Positions 8,537 through 17,965 of a stretch of DNA of 64,000 bases are shown here, one piece after another; position 1 is the first letter of the stretch, and each line of letters starts with the position of its first letter. Under the pieces are notes generated by a model. It was not told the DNA's origin and searched no databases. It saw nothing but the letters and a program-made list of their open reading frames with translations. Source of the DNA: a virus. The stretch lies in the IMG/VR virus record IMGVR_UViG_3300009093_000036, positions 131,356-195,355 of that record, one strand, 5' to 3'. The position numbers and the translations under genes are program-made.

Positions 8537-10705
8537 CTACATGCCCGCCGGCGACGGCGGACGCATACCCGGCTGGACGCCAGCGTACCGAAGGGGAGTG
8601 GGTGTGGCGGTCGCCAGATGCTGGACGGCATCCACCCCTTTCTTTGCCCCCACGAGACCAGCACCGACAGCACCGACGGCACCAAGACCCAGCGCGAGAC
8701 GGCCGTAGCCGCTGTGCTTGACCTGGTAGTCAGGATTCGCGAGAGCTCGGCCGAGCTCGGCGGCGGCCTTCAGGCTGCCCTGGTTGCCGATCATGTCACT
8801 CTGCCCTGCGACGATCGGCTCCTGAACCTTCGGCGCCGTCACACGTGCGATCGGCTTCGCGAGGGCGTGCGTGATGCCGGGGGCGACCAGACCCAGACCA
8901 CCGATCTCGACGGCCGGATGATGCAGGGCGTGAGCGAGACCTTCGGCGACGGTGTGGCCCTCAGCAGCAAGAGCACCCATCCGCCCACCACGCAGCATCA
9001 GACGCTTCAGTCCGCCGGCGGCAGCATCGGCGAGGTACGGTGACGCGAGCGTCGCGATGCCGACGTCGTCAATGCGATCGGCGATGCGTCCAGTGCGGGG
9101 GTCCTCCGAGGCCGTCTTGCCCGGCATCGGACCGACGCCGCCGTACTGGTGCGGCACCGCCATGTACCCCATCAAGCCCGTGCCGGCAGCCGCACCGACG
9201 AGACCGGCACGGTTCAGCCCCTGGTTCATCACGTTGTGCTGCTGTTCGAGACGGCCTGCTGCCTGCCGGAGCGCCTCTGCCTGCCCACCACGCGATGCCG
9301 CCACCGATTGAGCGAGCTCGGGCTTCATGGTCGCTGCCGGCGTCGAGGAGCCACCCCAGGCCGTCGGGGACATGACCTGCTTCTGCTGGGTGTTGAGGGC
9401 GATGCCTCCCGCCCCGCCTGCCCCGCCCGCGGCCCCGGGCTTGGCGGCGAGGGTGCCACGACCCAGCGCCGGCGGAGCTCCGGCGTGCATCGTCCCAGCG
9501 AGAGCGGGATCCGCGATCGTCTTGCCGGCGATCTGGTGAGCCTCCCGAGCCGCGATCTCCGCCTGACCCGCCTGAGCTCGCAGCGTGTTGAGCTGATGAG
9601 CCCCCTGCGTCTTGAGCGCCGAGATGCCAGCGCCGCCGGCGGCACCAAGCCCAGCCCCAACGAGAGCTCCGCGAAGAGCTCCCTGTTGCCGCTGGCCTGG
9701 ATCGGCGTGCATCAGACCGCCGAGACCGCCGGCGACGGCGCCGATGCCTGCACCCACCCCAGCATGACCGAGGTGACTGATCGCTGTTGGCGAGACCGCG
9801 AGCGCGATCTTCTGGCCATGGTTGTCCTTGTCGAGCACCTTCATCTTGAACTCCTCGAAGGGCATCTCCTTCATCGAACCGAAGAAGCGGGGGTCGTTGT
9901 ACTGCTTGAGGTAGGCAGCCTTCGCCTCCTCTGCGGAGTCGAACCCGAGCATCACCTTCTGCTCGTCGAACTTCGTCCAGGCGACACCGTCCTTCTTGAT
10001 CTCACCCTCGGGCTTCTTCATCTGGTCGACCAAGAAGACCTTGTCCGACTCCTCGTTGGGGCCGAGGTAGACATCGACGTGGTCGCCATCGGTGCCCTTC
10101 GTCATACGGATGTAGCCGTAGTCGAAGTGCATGAAGGTGGAGCCCTTCTCCTTGCCGTGCGGGTCGTACCAGGAGCGCTTGCTGCCCTTGCGGTTCTCGA
10201 TCGCGATGTCGAGGCCCTTGAACATCCGCTCGCCGTGGAGCTTGAAGTTCGAGAGCTTCGCCCCATCAGCGAAGCGGATGTCGTCCGTCGCTGACTTCTT
10301 CTCGGCGCGGTCCCGCTCCTGCTTCTCCTTGAGCTTCTTGGGGTTGTCCATGAAGTACTGGATCATGTCCCCGCACGACTTCTTCTCGCTCTCACCTTCG
10401 ACCTTCTTCAGGCGGATGTAGTAGTCGGGCCGCTCGCGCAGATGATCGATCGCGATCTGCTTGGCGACGGCGGGATGATCGGTGTGCTCCATCTCCACCT
10501 TCTCGCCGGCGTGGAGCTGAACCTTCGGTACCCCAGAGCCACTGTCGTGGGCGTGAGCGAGCAGGCCGCTCTTCTTGACGTGCTCGGGCAACGCCTTGAT
10601 GTCCTTCGTCTCGTGAGCCCAGGCGATCGCAGTTCCCTTGGGGAGCTTCCCCTCCGCTTCCATCGCGAAGAACTTGCGCTGCTGTGCCTTGCTCTTGAAG
10701 GGCAT
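8537..10705 (-). CDS. multidomain putative virion protein: MPFKSKAQ N-terminal motif + DUF5661-like + InPase (inorganic pyrophosphatase-like) + Gly/Ala-rich hydrophobic segments
   Basis: GEKVEMEHT...AIDHLRERPDYYIRL; IAIENRKGSKR...DYGYIRMTKGTDGDHVDVYLG...DQ...DEQKVMLGFDSAEEAKAAYL; KxA/KxS motifs at domain borders. Confidence 0.75.
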   Translation of the reverse strand: MPFKSKAQQRKFFAMEAEGKLPKGTAIAWAHETKDIKALPEHVKKSGLLAHAHDSGSGVPKVQLHAGEKVEMEHTDHPAVAKQIAIDHLRERPDYYIRLKKVEGESEKKSCGDMIQYFMDNPKKLKEKQERDRAEKKSATDDIRFADGAKLSNFKLHGERMFKGLDIAIENRKGSKRSWYDPHGKEKGSTFMHFDYGYIRMTKGTDGDHVDVYLGPNEESDKVFLVDQMKKPEGEIKKDGVAWTKFDEQKVMLGFDSAEEAKAAYLKQYNDPRFFGSMKEMPFEEFKMKVLDKDNHGQKIALAVSPTAISHLGHAGVGAGIGAVAGGLGGLMHADPGQRQQGALRGALVGAGLGAAGGAGISALKTQGAHQLNTLRAQAGQAEIAAREAHQIAGKTIADPALAGTMHAGAPPALGRGTLAAKPGAAGGAGGAGGIALNTQQKQVMSPTAWGGSSTPAATMKPELAQSVAASRGGQAEALRQAAGRLEQQHNVMNQGLNRAGLVGAAAGTGLMGYMAVPHQYGGVGPMPGKTASEDPRTGRIADRIDDVGIATLASPYLADAAAGGLKRLMLRGGRMGALAAEGHTVAEGLAHALHHPAVEIGGLGLVAPGITHALAKPIARVTAPKVQEPIVAGQSDMIGNQGSLKAAAELGRALANPDYQVKHSGYGRLALGLGAVGAVGAGLVGAKKGVDAVQHLATATPTPLRYAGVQPGMRPPSPAGM

Positions 10706-10711
10706 GCCGCG

Positions 10712-10717
10712 ATCCTA
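10712..10717 (-). promoter_or_regulatory. -10-like TAGGAT 6 nt upstream of ATG (leaderless class)
   Basis: TAGGAT-CGCGGC-ATG with no SD. Confidence 0.55.
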
Positions 10718-10729
10718 GCGCATTTCGCC

Positions 10730-10745
10730 CTATCAGCGAAGAGAA
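10730..10745 (+). promoter_or_regulatory. CTATNAG-class putative promoter (CTATCAGCGAAGAGAA)
   Basis: 27 nt before ATG 10757, followed by AAGGAG SD. Confidence 0.5.
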
Positions 10746-10756
10746 GGAGACACATC

Positions 10757-11290
10757 ATGGGCGAGAGCATTCACTGCCGACAAGACGACGACGGCACCTA
10801 CCGTTTCCGCATCTGGGGAAGCACCGTCGATAGCTACCTCACCACCGACCTCACGGAAGAGGAAGTTCATCGCTACGTCCGGCAACGTGGCATGGAGTCA
10901 GCACTGTCGACGTTCGAGATCGATCGGGGCATCGAGCGAGCGAAGAGCGTGGGCTCCTCCGACTACTACACGACGAAGCCGGCATCCCCACTTAGTCAGC
11001 CGTGGAGGAAGGAACGGATCACCCACGAGGAAGCCACCAACGCCACCGATCTCAGCGACATGTTCTTCTTGCTGGCTCACGAGAAGTACATCGACAACGA
11101 CGAGGAGGACACCATCTTCGAGGGTCCGTTCCTGCTGGAGAGGATGAAGACCGATACAGTCGAGCCCAACCAGCGCATCTTCTCTCCGAAGACTGTCGAG
11201 AGCTTCGAGGCGTGGGCGGACCTCTCGTGCTTCGGGGAGGTCTTCCGTGGTGAGGGCTTTCAGATCGTGCGGGTCCTCCCGCCGAAGTGA
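10757..11290 (+). CDS. hypothetical protein (stand-alone cassette)
   Basis: Start MGESIHC with AAGGAG SD; own promoter motif and terminator. Confidence 0.7.
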   Translation: MGESIHCRQDDDGTYRFRIWGSTVDSYLTTDLTEEEVHRYVRQRGMESALSTFEIDRGIERAKSVGSSDYYTTKPASPLSQPWRKERITHEEATNATDLSDMFFLLAHEKYIDNDEEDTIFEGPFLLERMKTDTVEPNQRIFSPKTVESFEAWADLSCFGEVFRGEGFQIVRVLPPK

Positions 11291-11291
11291 G

Positions 11292-11319
11292 GAGAGGGGC
11301 TGCGAGGCCCCTCTCTTTT
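11292..11319 (+). terminator. intrinsic terminator
   Basis: GAGAGGGGC-6nt-GCCCCTCTC-TTTT right after the stop codon. Confidence 0.85.
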
Positions 11320-11472
11320 GCTCCCAACACCAACTCCGAATCACCTATCAATACAATAGGAGATGGGGATTTTCCTGAAGGGGATTCCGAAACAACAACA
11401 AGCCAGAGAAATCTGTTGTGTGGCCCCGAAAGGGGCCGCTGCTTTGCTCTGAACTTGATGTCGTTTTGCCTG

Positions 11473-13239
11473 TCAGACCGACGTCATGATCTTGCCGATT
11501 CGGCCAGAGAACGTGGTGTTCGTACCAGTGAACCCATTACCTCCGACGAAGGCGTTGGCGCTGGCGGCACGAGACCATGGCCCACCACTGAGCGGGAAGC
11601 GAGAGATCGACGGGCCTGCGGTGTAGCCACGTACGCGGAGAGCACCGCGATAAGCCTCCTCATCGAACGTGAGCAGCGTTCCACGCGACCAGGCGAACAA
11701 GGGGCTGCGGTGGTTCGGTGCGCCGATGCTTTCGCCCGAGCTGCTAAACGCTCGATAGTTCTGCTGAATGTACATGGACAAGCCTGCACGTTCTGCGGTC
11801 CCCAACCCCAACACCACCTGGAGGGAAGAGAGCGACGCATTGAACGCACCGGTGGCGTTGTAGAGGGACGTCTGCCAAGACACGATTGTCCAGCCAACAA
11901 CCGCTGATCCACCAACGCCAGAGGTCGCGAACTCATCCACGGAGAAGTCCGGCGCCATTTGAATCGAGTAGCCACGTGCTCCGAACGACGCCGGGAATGG
12001 GTTGGCGTTCGTGATCGAAAAGGTTTCTCCGGTCCGTGCCGCAGTCGCGGCGATCGTCTTGATTGGTGACGTGGGAAACGAGCGTCCCGTCTCAAACTGA
12101 GGACGCCAGACCTGGATCGTGCGAGCCGCTGCGTCGCTCGCGTTGATGATTCGGAACTCGAATGCGCCGGAGGTGTTCACGGCTCCGGTGTCGAGCACGA
12201 ACAAGTCGTAGCGTGCCCACGTCGTCGTCAGGTTCAGGTCGGCCGACGTGTAGATGCGGCCATCCTTGGCGAGCACCTGAAGACGGAACTTCTGCGTGCC
12301 GGATGCGCAGCGGGCCCACACGCTCGCTGAGCCGTTCGTCTGTGTTGCGACGCCCGTGAGGCTCTGCTTCACACCATCGGAAGCGGAGGCCGTCATCGTG
12401 ATCGAACAGACGGTCGCGTCGCCCTTGGGTGATCCACCCAACACACCGAGCCCGGTGGCGCTGCCCATCGCAACCCACGGCGACGTGATGACACCGACGT
12501 TGCTGAACAGGGTCTCGTTCTGGAGCACCTGGTTCGTTGCGGCCACCTCGAACAGGATCATCGGACCGTTGCCATCACCGCGATCTTCGATCGTGACCGT
12601 GTTGTTGACACGATCGGCCATGAACGCTGCGCCGTCGGAGCGAGGAGCCCCCGTGAAGTATGCGCTCACGCCAGCATTGCCGGAGTAGCCGGTGGCTCCA
12701 GCCACGCTCAGGTCGTACGTGTCGCCTGCACCCGTCGTAGGTGCTGCGATCGTCGGCTCTAGAGCGCCCTTCACTAGAGGCATCACTCGAATGATCTTGT
12801 TCGGACCATCGATGTAGATGCGCCAGCCGACGTTGAGGCCGTCGTACGAGAACGGCAGGATGTAGTCCTGGTTCAGACCTGCGGGAGTCGTCCAGAGGCC
12901 ACCGCCGTTCGTCGTCACATCGAGCTTGATGCCGAAGTACGTCCTGACGTTCTTGTGAACTTCGAGTACTGACGACGTCGTCGTGTCCCAGGCGCTCGAA
13001 CCGCTCCCTGGAACGTCGATGACGACCTCGGCGGACGGCTGGAACCGAAGCAGCCCCAGAGCCGTGAGGCTCCGAGCTGTGACAGTTCCAGTGGTGATCG
13101 GAGTTCCCGGATTCGTCACCTTGTTAGCGAACAAGGAGTCGATCGCATCGGCAACCTGCGAGCGCAGGTAGGAGATCTCTCCTGCAAGTCCTCCTGGGCG
13201 TGTCAGGTGTTCCCGAAGACTCGTACGAGGAAAACCCAT
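11473..13239 (-). CDS. putative head/tail fibre with carbohydrate-binding-like beta domains
   Basis: T/S/G/A-rich beta protein; VWRPQFETG..PTSPIKT..AARTGE motif typical of spike/fibre proteins; downstream of tail tube. Confidence 0.6.
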   Translation of the reverse strand: MGFPRTSLREHLTRPGGLAGEISYLRSQVADAIDSLFANKVTNPGTPITTGTVTARSLTALGLLRFQPSAEVVIDVPGSGSSAWDTTTSSVLEVHKNVRTYFGIKLDVTTNGGGLWTTPAGLNQDYILPFSYDGLNVGWRIYIDGPNKIIRVMPLVKGALEPTIAAPTTGAGDTYDLSVAGATGYSGNAGVSAYFTGAPRSDGAAFMADRVNNTVTIEDRGDGNGPMILFEVAATNQVLQNETLFSNVGVITSPWVAMGSATGLGVLGGSPKGDATVCSITMTASASDGVKQSLTGVATQTNGSASVWARCASGTQKFRLQVLAKDGRIYTSADLNLTTTWARYDLFVLDTGAVNTSGAFEFRIINASDAAARTIQVWRPQFETGRSFPTSPIKTIAATAARTGETFSITNANPFPASFGARGYSIQMAPDFSVDEFATSGVGGSAVVGWTIVSWQTSLYNATGAFNASLSSLQVVLGLGTAERAGLSMYIQQNYRAFSSSGESIGAPNHRSPLFAWSRGTLLTFDEEAYRGALRVRGYTAGPSISRFPLSGGPWSRAASANAFVGGNGFTGTNTTFSGRIGKIMTSV

Positions 13240-13286
13240 GATCGCTCCTTGTGCGGTTCAACATCAACTACGGACGGAGACCTGGA

Positions 13287-13997
13287 TCAGGTCGTGAGTT
13301 CGATGCTCTCCAACGCGATCGGCACCGCCATCTCGAACTGGAGGGCCACCGACTCCTGGATGATGACGCCCTGAGCATCCGTCGCCCACGTGTGATTCGG
13401 CAGGACGCAGCTCTCGAAGTAGCAGGAGCCGTAGGCGTCCTGGTTCACGTCCTGGACGACCATCAGCAGACCGATGGGCTGCGAGAAGAGGTCGGACGCC
13501 AGGTTGATGAAGAAGTTCTCGAAGCCCGGCGGGATGACGACGTCGTGCGGGTTCGGCATCGCCGCAGCACCGACGTTCGGGAACACGGCCGGGACGACGA
13601 CGTCCGGCACGAGGTCCTGGTAGTACGCGTACAGGACGCGCAGGATCGAGGGGCCGTGGTACAGGACGCGAGCGAGTGCGAGCTGACCCATCGTGCGGCC
13701 CGAGATGAAGTACGACCGCTCCGAGCCGAGCTCGAAGATGCGGTTGAACTGCCGGTTGTGGGAGATGTTGATCGACTGCGTGAGGCCGACCGGGTACACG
13801 ATCTGTGAGGCCTCGTCGGGAGCCGCGGAGATCGCAGCACCGAGGCTGAGGGCGCCACCGATCGACGCGAGACGCGGCGGACCGGCGAAGAGCCCGGTGT
13901 AGGCGCCGGTGATGAACCGACCGTCCACCATGCCCGGGCCGACGCCGCCCGACTGCACGTAGTTCTTGTAGGTGTTCCAGTTCGCGAACGATGCCAT
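13287..13997 (-). CDS. tail tube protein (T4 gp19-like fold)
   Basis: VGLTQSINISHNRQFNRIFELGS pattern, size and position downstream of the sheath. Confidence 0.7.
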   Translation of the reverse strand: MASFANWNTYKNYVQSGGVGPGMVDGRFITGAYTGLFAGPPRLASIGGALSLGAAISAAPDEASQIVYPVGLTQSINISHNRQFNRIFELGSERSYFISGRTMGQLALARVLYHGPSILRVLYAYYQDLVPDVVVPAVFPNVGAAAMPNPHDVVIPPGFENFFINLASDLFSQPIGLLMVVQDVNQDAYGSCYFESCVLPNHTWATDAQGVIIQESVALQFEMAVPIALESIELTT

Positions 13998-14019
13998 GGC
14001 GTGTTCCTTCCTTCAGCTC

Positions 14020-14406
14020 TCAGGCGAGAGCCCGACGAGCGGCTTCCTGGGGGTCCACACCCTGACGAATCAGCTCCTGCGCGGTCTTCACGGGGTCGAC
14101 CACCGTGAGCTCGCTGGAAGCCGTCTTCAGCGTGTCGAGGAAGGAGTCGAAGCGTTCCGACTTCTCCTCGATGAGGTGGTCGATGTGCTCGCCGGCCCGC
14201 ACGACGTTGAGGTCGGTCGCGAACTTCGAGTTGTCGATGGCGGCGATCTCCTCGGCGATCGAGGGGCGCTGCACGAAGGCCTGAAGGCCCGACTCCTGCA
14301 CCGCAGGGGTCGAGCTCGTCTTGGCCGTGGGCTGGTGGCTCTCCATCACCTTCTCCAGGCGACTGTCGAGATCCGAGCCCGTGTTGTAGATGTCGCGGTC
14401 GGTCAT
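14020..14406 (-). CDS. hypothetical protein (possible tail assembly factor)
   Basis: 128-aa ORF between sheath/HNH and tube. Confidence 0.55.
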   Translation of the reverse strand: MTDRDIYNTGSDLDSRLEKVMESHQPTAKTSSTPAVQESGLQAFVQRPSIAEEIAAIDNSKFATDLNVVRAGEHIDHLIEEKSERFDSFLDTLKTASSELTVVDPVKTAQELIRQGVDPQEAARRALA

Positions 14407-14846
14407 GTTCCCTTCCTCAGCATGGCGGCTTTCAGGTCGTGGAGGAACAGCTCGAAGTCTTCGAGCTTCGCGTCACGTCGCCCGAGGTTCGCCGCCTGCG
14501 ACGTCAGGACCACGTTGGTCTTGCAGTACCCGACTTCGAGGTCGAGGCGATCAAGTGAGACTTGCCAGGGGCCGGAGCTCCTGGTGGTCCTCATTGGCAC
14601 CCCAAGCCAGAAGCACTTGCCCTCCTGGGCCGTGAACTGCTCGTTGAGCCAAGTCTCGTCGAGATCGAAGATGGTGTGAGGATGGTGCTTCTCGTTTCGG
14701 ATCCTCGCGTGAGTGAGCAGGTACCTCATCCACACGCCCGGCTTGGCCAGGTACTTCTGCATGTACCGATGGTTGCGGGCAGACCGCTCCTCCGCGGTGA
14801 GAGGCACCGAAGAAGGAGCAGTCTTGATGTGATGAAGGCTGCCCAT
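14403..14846 (-). CDS. free-standing HNH/His-Me-finger homing endonuclease-like protein
   Basis: QEGKCFWLGVPM...SLDRLD..VGYCKTNVVL...AN motif. Confidence 0.7.
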   Translation of the reverse strand: MGSLHHIKTAPSSVPLTAEERSARNHRYMQKYLAKPGVWMRYLLTHARIRNEKHHPHTIFDLDETWLNEQFTAQEGKCFWLGVPMRTTRSSGPWQVSLDRLDLEVGYCKTNVVLTSQAANLGRRDAKLEDFELFLHDLKAAMLRKGT

Positions 14847-14847
14847 G

Positions 14848-17800
14848 TCAGACGATCAGCGTGATTTTGATCTCGTTGCAAGGATAGAAAACGCCCACGT
14901 CGATGTCGAGGAGCAGCGAGTCCGGCTGATCCGGGTTCTGCACGAGGCGCGAGACGTGGAAGCTCGCGAGGACCTTCTGGACGGTCAGGAAGCTGCCGAG
15001 CCCGTCGAGCGTCGTGCTGATCGAGCTCTGGAGGTTCTGCGAGATGTTGAACCGGCCGATGTAGTTCCGCAGACCGCCGCGGAGGAACTTCGCCGTGAAG
15101 TCGAGCGCCGTGAGGATCGAGAACTCGCGCTCTTCGATCGTGTCGATGGCGGACGTGAGCTGGTGCCGCGTCTGGATGGACTGGCCTGCGGCTTCCTGGA
15201 ACATGTTCCAGAGGCCACCGCCGTCCATGATGCGGTACTGGATCTCACCGTAGCGATCGCTCGCACCGATGAGGCCCGTGAAGCCCTTGATGCCGACGTT
15301 CGTGAGCGGATCGGACGGGTTCTTCGACGCCGTCTTGCCGGCGAGCGCGGCGCAGACGTAGAAGCCCTCGATCTCCTGCTCTAGCCCATCGACCGTCGCC
15401 TTCGCCTTGTCGGGCGTGACGAAGATCATGCGGCGGTTCTTGTAGCCCTGCGGGATCGCGGCGTACGCGATCGCTTCCTCGGTGAGGTCCGCGAGCACGG
15501 TGCCGCGGATGAAGACCGAGAAGGGACGATCGACGATCGGGTTGGCGAACGCCGGCGAGCTGCCAGCGAAATAGAACCCGTCGGCGTTGTCCTCGCTGGT
15601 GCCGGCCGCGAGAGCGCCCGTGCTGACCGTGACGATCGAACCCGCCACCCCGGTGATGAGGTAGTTGTTCGTGTCGTCTTCGAGCTTGAGCACGATGCGA
15701 TCGTCGATGGTGTACGGCGGGGCCGGGTGACCAGCCGCAGCGAGGAGAGCCGGCAGGTTCGCGAGACCCGTGTCGAACGTCGACACGCCGCCCGTGCTGT
15801 TGCCGAGCGAGCCCGAGCCGATGAGGTTGTTCGCCGTGCGCTCCGGACGGGGCGGGTTGTTGAAGACGACGCGTTCGAGACCGACCTCGGGGTCGCTCAT
15901 CGCCGTGACGTGGGCATCCGCGAGGTCCGAGACCGTCGCGTCGTGCGTGAGCTGCGCGATCGCGTACACGTCCTTCGACTCGATGAACGTGTAGGCCTCC
16001 GCCCACGCCCCGAGCGTGCCGAAGGGCTCCGTCACCGTCGCCTCGCCGATGCCGAGACCGAACGTCTCCAGGCCCGAGGCGTTGAGCATCGCGAAGTACA
16101 TGCCGAGGCCCAGGGGGTTCTCGGGGTTGATGGGCGACAGCTTCGACTCCAGCGTGGTGAGGTCACCGATGCGGAGCAGGTTGCTGTTCGTGCCGGCGGC
16201 GGACACGTCGCGACGAAGCGCCGTGTAGCCGAGGTACAAGCCCAGGTCGACCGCGGCCGTGGGGGTGCCGTCAGGAGCACGGAAGATCTCGTGCTTCACG
16301 ACGACTTCGCCAGAGGTCGCGTCGACCTGGAGATCGGCACTCGGACGAGTCGTCGTCTGCGGACCCGTGAGACCGAGCGCGCGGATGTAGAAGTTGACCC
16401 ACGTGGCGGTCAACTGGTACTCCGTGTCGAGACGAAGCCGCGTCACGACGCCCGCCGGAGCGACCTCCGTGATGAGGCCGAGACGGAGACCGTTGCCGTA
16501 GACCTCGTCGCCCACCATCGGAGCGTACGGGTTGCCGACGTAGCGGTTCGCCGTGAGGCCGAGCGTGGTGAGTGCCGTCGAGAGCGAGTTGATGCGGATC
16601 ACGCTCTCCTCGCCGCCCTCGGTCGTGGGCGAGCGGAGGACGAGCTTGTTCGCCCCGTTCAGCGACGCGACCGCAGCGCCTGCGGGCACCTGCCACTTCG
16701 TGTTGATGGCAGCCACTAGCGCCGCAGCGTTCGCGATCGTCGGACCGATGATGAGCGTCTGCTCCGCCTCGCCGTCGATGCTCATGATGAGCGACTGACC
16801 GGGCGTCGCGAACGGGCCGCCGGCACCGTACGTGATGGTCGTGAGGTCCACGGTGGCCTGGACGCGAGCACGGCTGCGACGGCCTGCCGCGTAGTCGCCG
16901 ACGACCAGGCCGAGGTTGCCGGACGTCGCGGTGCCGCCCGTGCGCTCGAACGACGAGCCCGGGCCGGTCGTGCCGGAGGTGAGGACGAGGTGGTTGCTCG
17001 CCCCGAGCGACGCGACGGTCGTACCGAAGGCCGCGTTGATCTGCGAGATGATGTCCGCCGCCGAGGCTGCCGCCGAGAAGTTGACGGTGACCGGGCCGGC
17101 GCCGTCCTTCGAGAAGATGGCGCTCGTGCTGTTCAGCGCGGAGAACGTCGTCGAGAGGTCGGCGGTACCCGTGAGGACCGCGGCACCATCCGTGAAGTTC
17201 TGGCCGGCGAACGTGAGGTACGGCGAGAGGTTGTCGCCATCACCATCGTTGAAGACGCTGACCGCCGCGGTCGCACCACGCAGGAACGTGGTCGTGCGGC
17301 TGACCTCGACGAAGTTGCCGCCACCGATCGCCGCGAACACGCGCACCGTCGAGAAGTCGAGCGTGAGCTCGTCGAGGTTGCTGCGCGGATCCGGGTAGTT
17401 CTCCAGGCCGACGTCGACCTTGAAGTTGTTGTTGTAGCCGCCACGGCCCGTCTCCGTGTAGCCACCACCACGCAAGTTCAGCACGGTGAGGCCGGTGCCG
17501 CCCATGATCGAGAGCGTCGCGAACGGACCCGTGGCCACCGAGTGGAGAACGATGCGCTGCTGCGCACCGCTCGTCTCGATCGCGACGAGCAATCCGACGA
17601 TGTCGAGCGAGTCGATGTACGCCTTCACCTCTTCGACCGTCGGGTTCGCCGGCGAAGCCGGGAACGTGATGGTCTGGGTGGGGCCGTTGTTCACGCTGAG
17701 CTGGAGGGTGAGGCCCCCGAGCGTCGCGTACTGGAACGGCGTCGAGACGTACGGGAACTCGATCCGTGCCGGCAGCGCGAGCAGCGCCTGGCTGTTCAGC

Positions 17801-17949
17801 ACGCCGGTGTCCAGGACAGCCTGAACGACCTCCTTCGCGACACCCATCACGCAGGCGGGCATCGTGGGAACGAAGATCGTGGGGGTGACCTGACGGAACT
17901 CGGTGAAAACCTTGACGCCCGGCCGGGGAAGCATGTTCGGAGTGGTCAT
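14848..17949 (-). CDS. contractile tail sheath protein with repeated insertion domains
   Basis: Sheath-like N-terminus (RPGVKVFTEF) and C-terminus (RHQLTS...RNYIGRFNI...DIDVGVFYPCNEIKITL); 1033 aa. Confidence 0.85.
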   Translation of the reverse strand: MTTPNMLPRPGVKVFTEFRQVTPTIFVPTMPACVMGVAKEVVQAVLDTGVLNSQALLALPARIEFPYVSTPFQYATLGGLTLQLSVNNGPTQTITFPASPANPTVEEVKAYIDSLDIVGLLVAIETSGAQQRIVLHSVATGPFATLSIMGGTGLTVLNLRGGGYTETGRGGYNNNFKVDVGLENYPDPRSNLDELTLDFSTVRVFAAIGGGNFVEVSRTTTFLRGATAAVSVFNDGDGDNLSPYLTFAGQNFTDGAAVLTGTADLSTTFSALNSTSAIFSKDGAGPVTVNFSAAASAADIISQINAAFGTTVASLGASNHLVLTSGTTGPGSSFERTGGTATSGNLGLVVGDYAAGRRSRARVQATVDLTTITYGAGGPFATPGQSLIMSIDGEAEQTLIIGPTIANAAALVAAINTKWQVPAGAAVASLNGANKLVLRSPTTEGGEESVIRINSLSTALTTLGLTANRYVGNPYAPMVGDEVYGNGLRLGLITEVAPAGVVTRLRLDTEYQLTATWVNFYIRALGLTGPQTTTRPSADLQVDATSGEVVVKHEIFRAPDGTPTAAVDLGLYLGYTALRRDVSAAGTNSNLLRIGDLTTLESKLSPINPENPLGLGMYFAMLNASGLETFGLGIGEATVTEPFGTLGAWAEAYTFIESKDVYAIAQLTHDATVSDLADAHVTAMSDPEVGLERVVFNNPPRPERTANNLIGSGSLGNSTGGVSTFDTGLANLPALLAAAGHPAPPYTIDDRIVLKLEDDTNNYLITGVAGSIVTVSTGALAAGTSEDNADGFYFAGSSPAFANPIVDRPFSVFIRGTVLADLTEEAIAYAAIPQGYKNRRMIFVTPDKAKATVDGLEQEIEGFYVCAALAGKTASKNPSDPLTNVGIKGFTGLIGASDRYGEIQYRIMDGGGLWNMFQEAAGQSIQTRHQLTSAIDTIEEREFSILTALDFTAKFLRGGLRNYIGRFNISQNLQSSISTTLDGLGSFLTVQKVLASFHVSRLVQNPDQPDSLLLDIDVGVFYPCNEIKITLIV

Positions 17950-17965
17950 CGCGAGAATCTCCTTC

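Noticed and set aside
11370-11425. Hammerhead-like CTGAAG...GAAAC core
   Set aside because: A9 is replaced, stem II is only 2 bp, the cleavage triplet would be GUG (not NUH), and stem I is not formed.
11363-11452. 29-aa ORF MGIFLKGIPK...
   Set aside because: The SD abuts the ATG with zero spacing and codon usage is atypical; RNA structure explains the region better.
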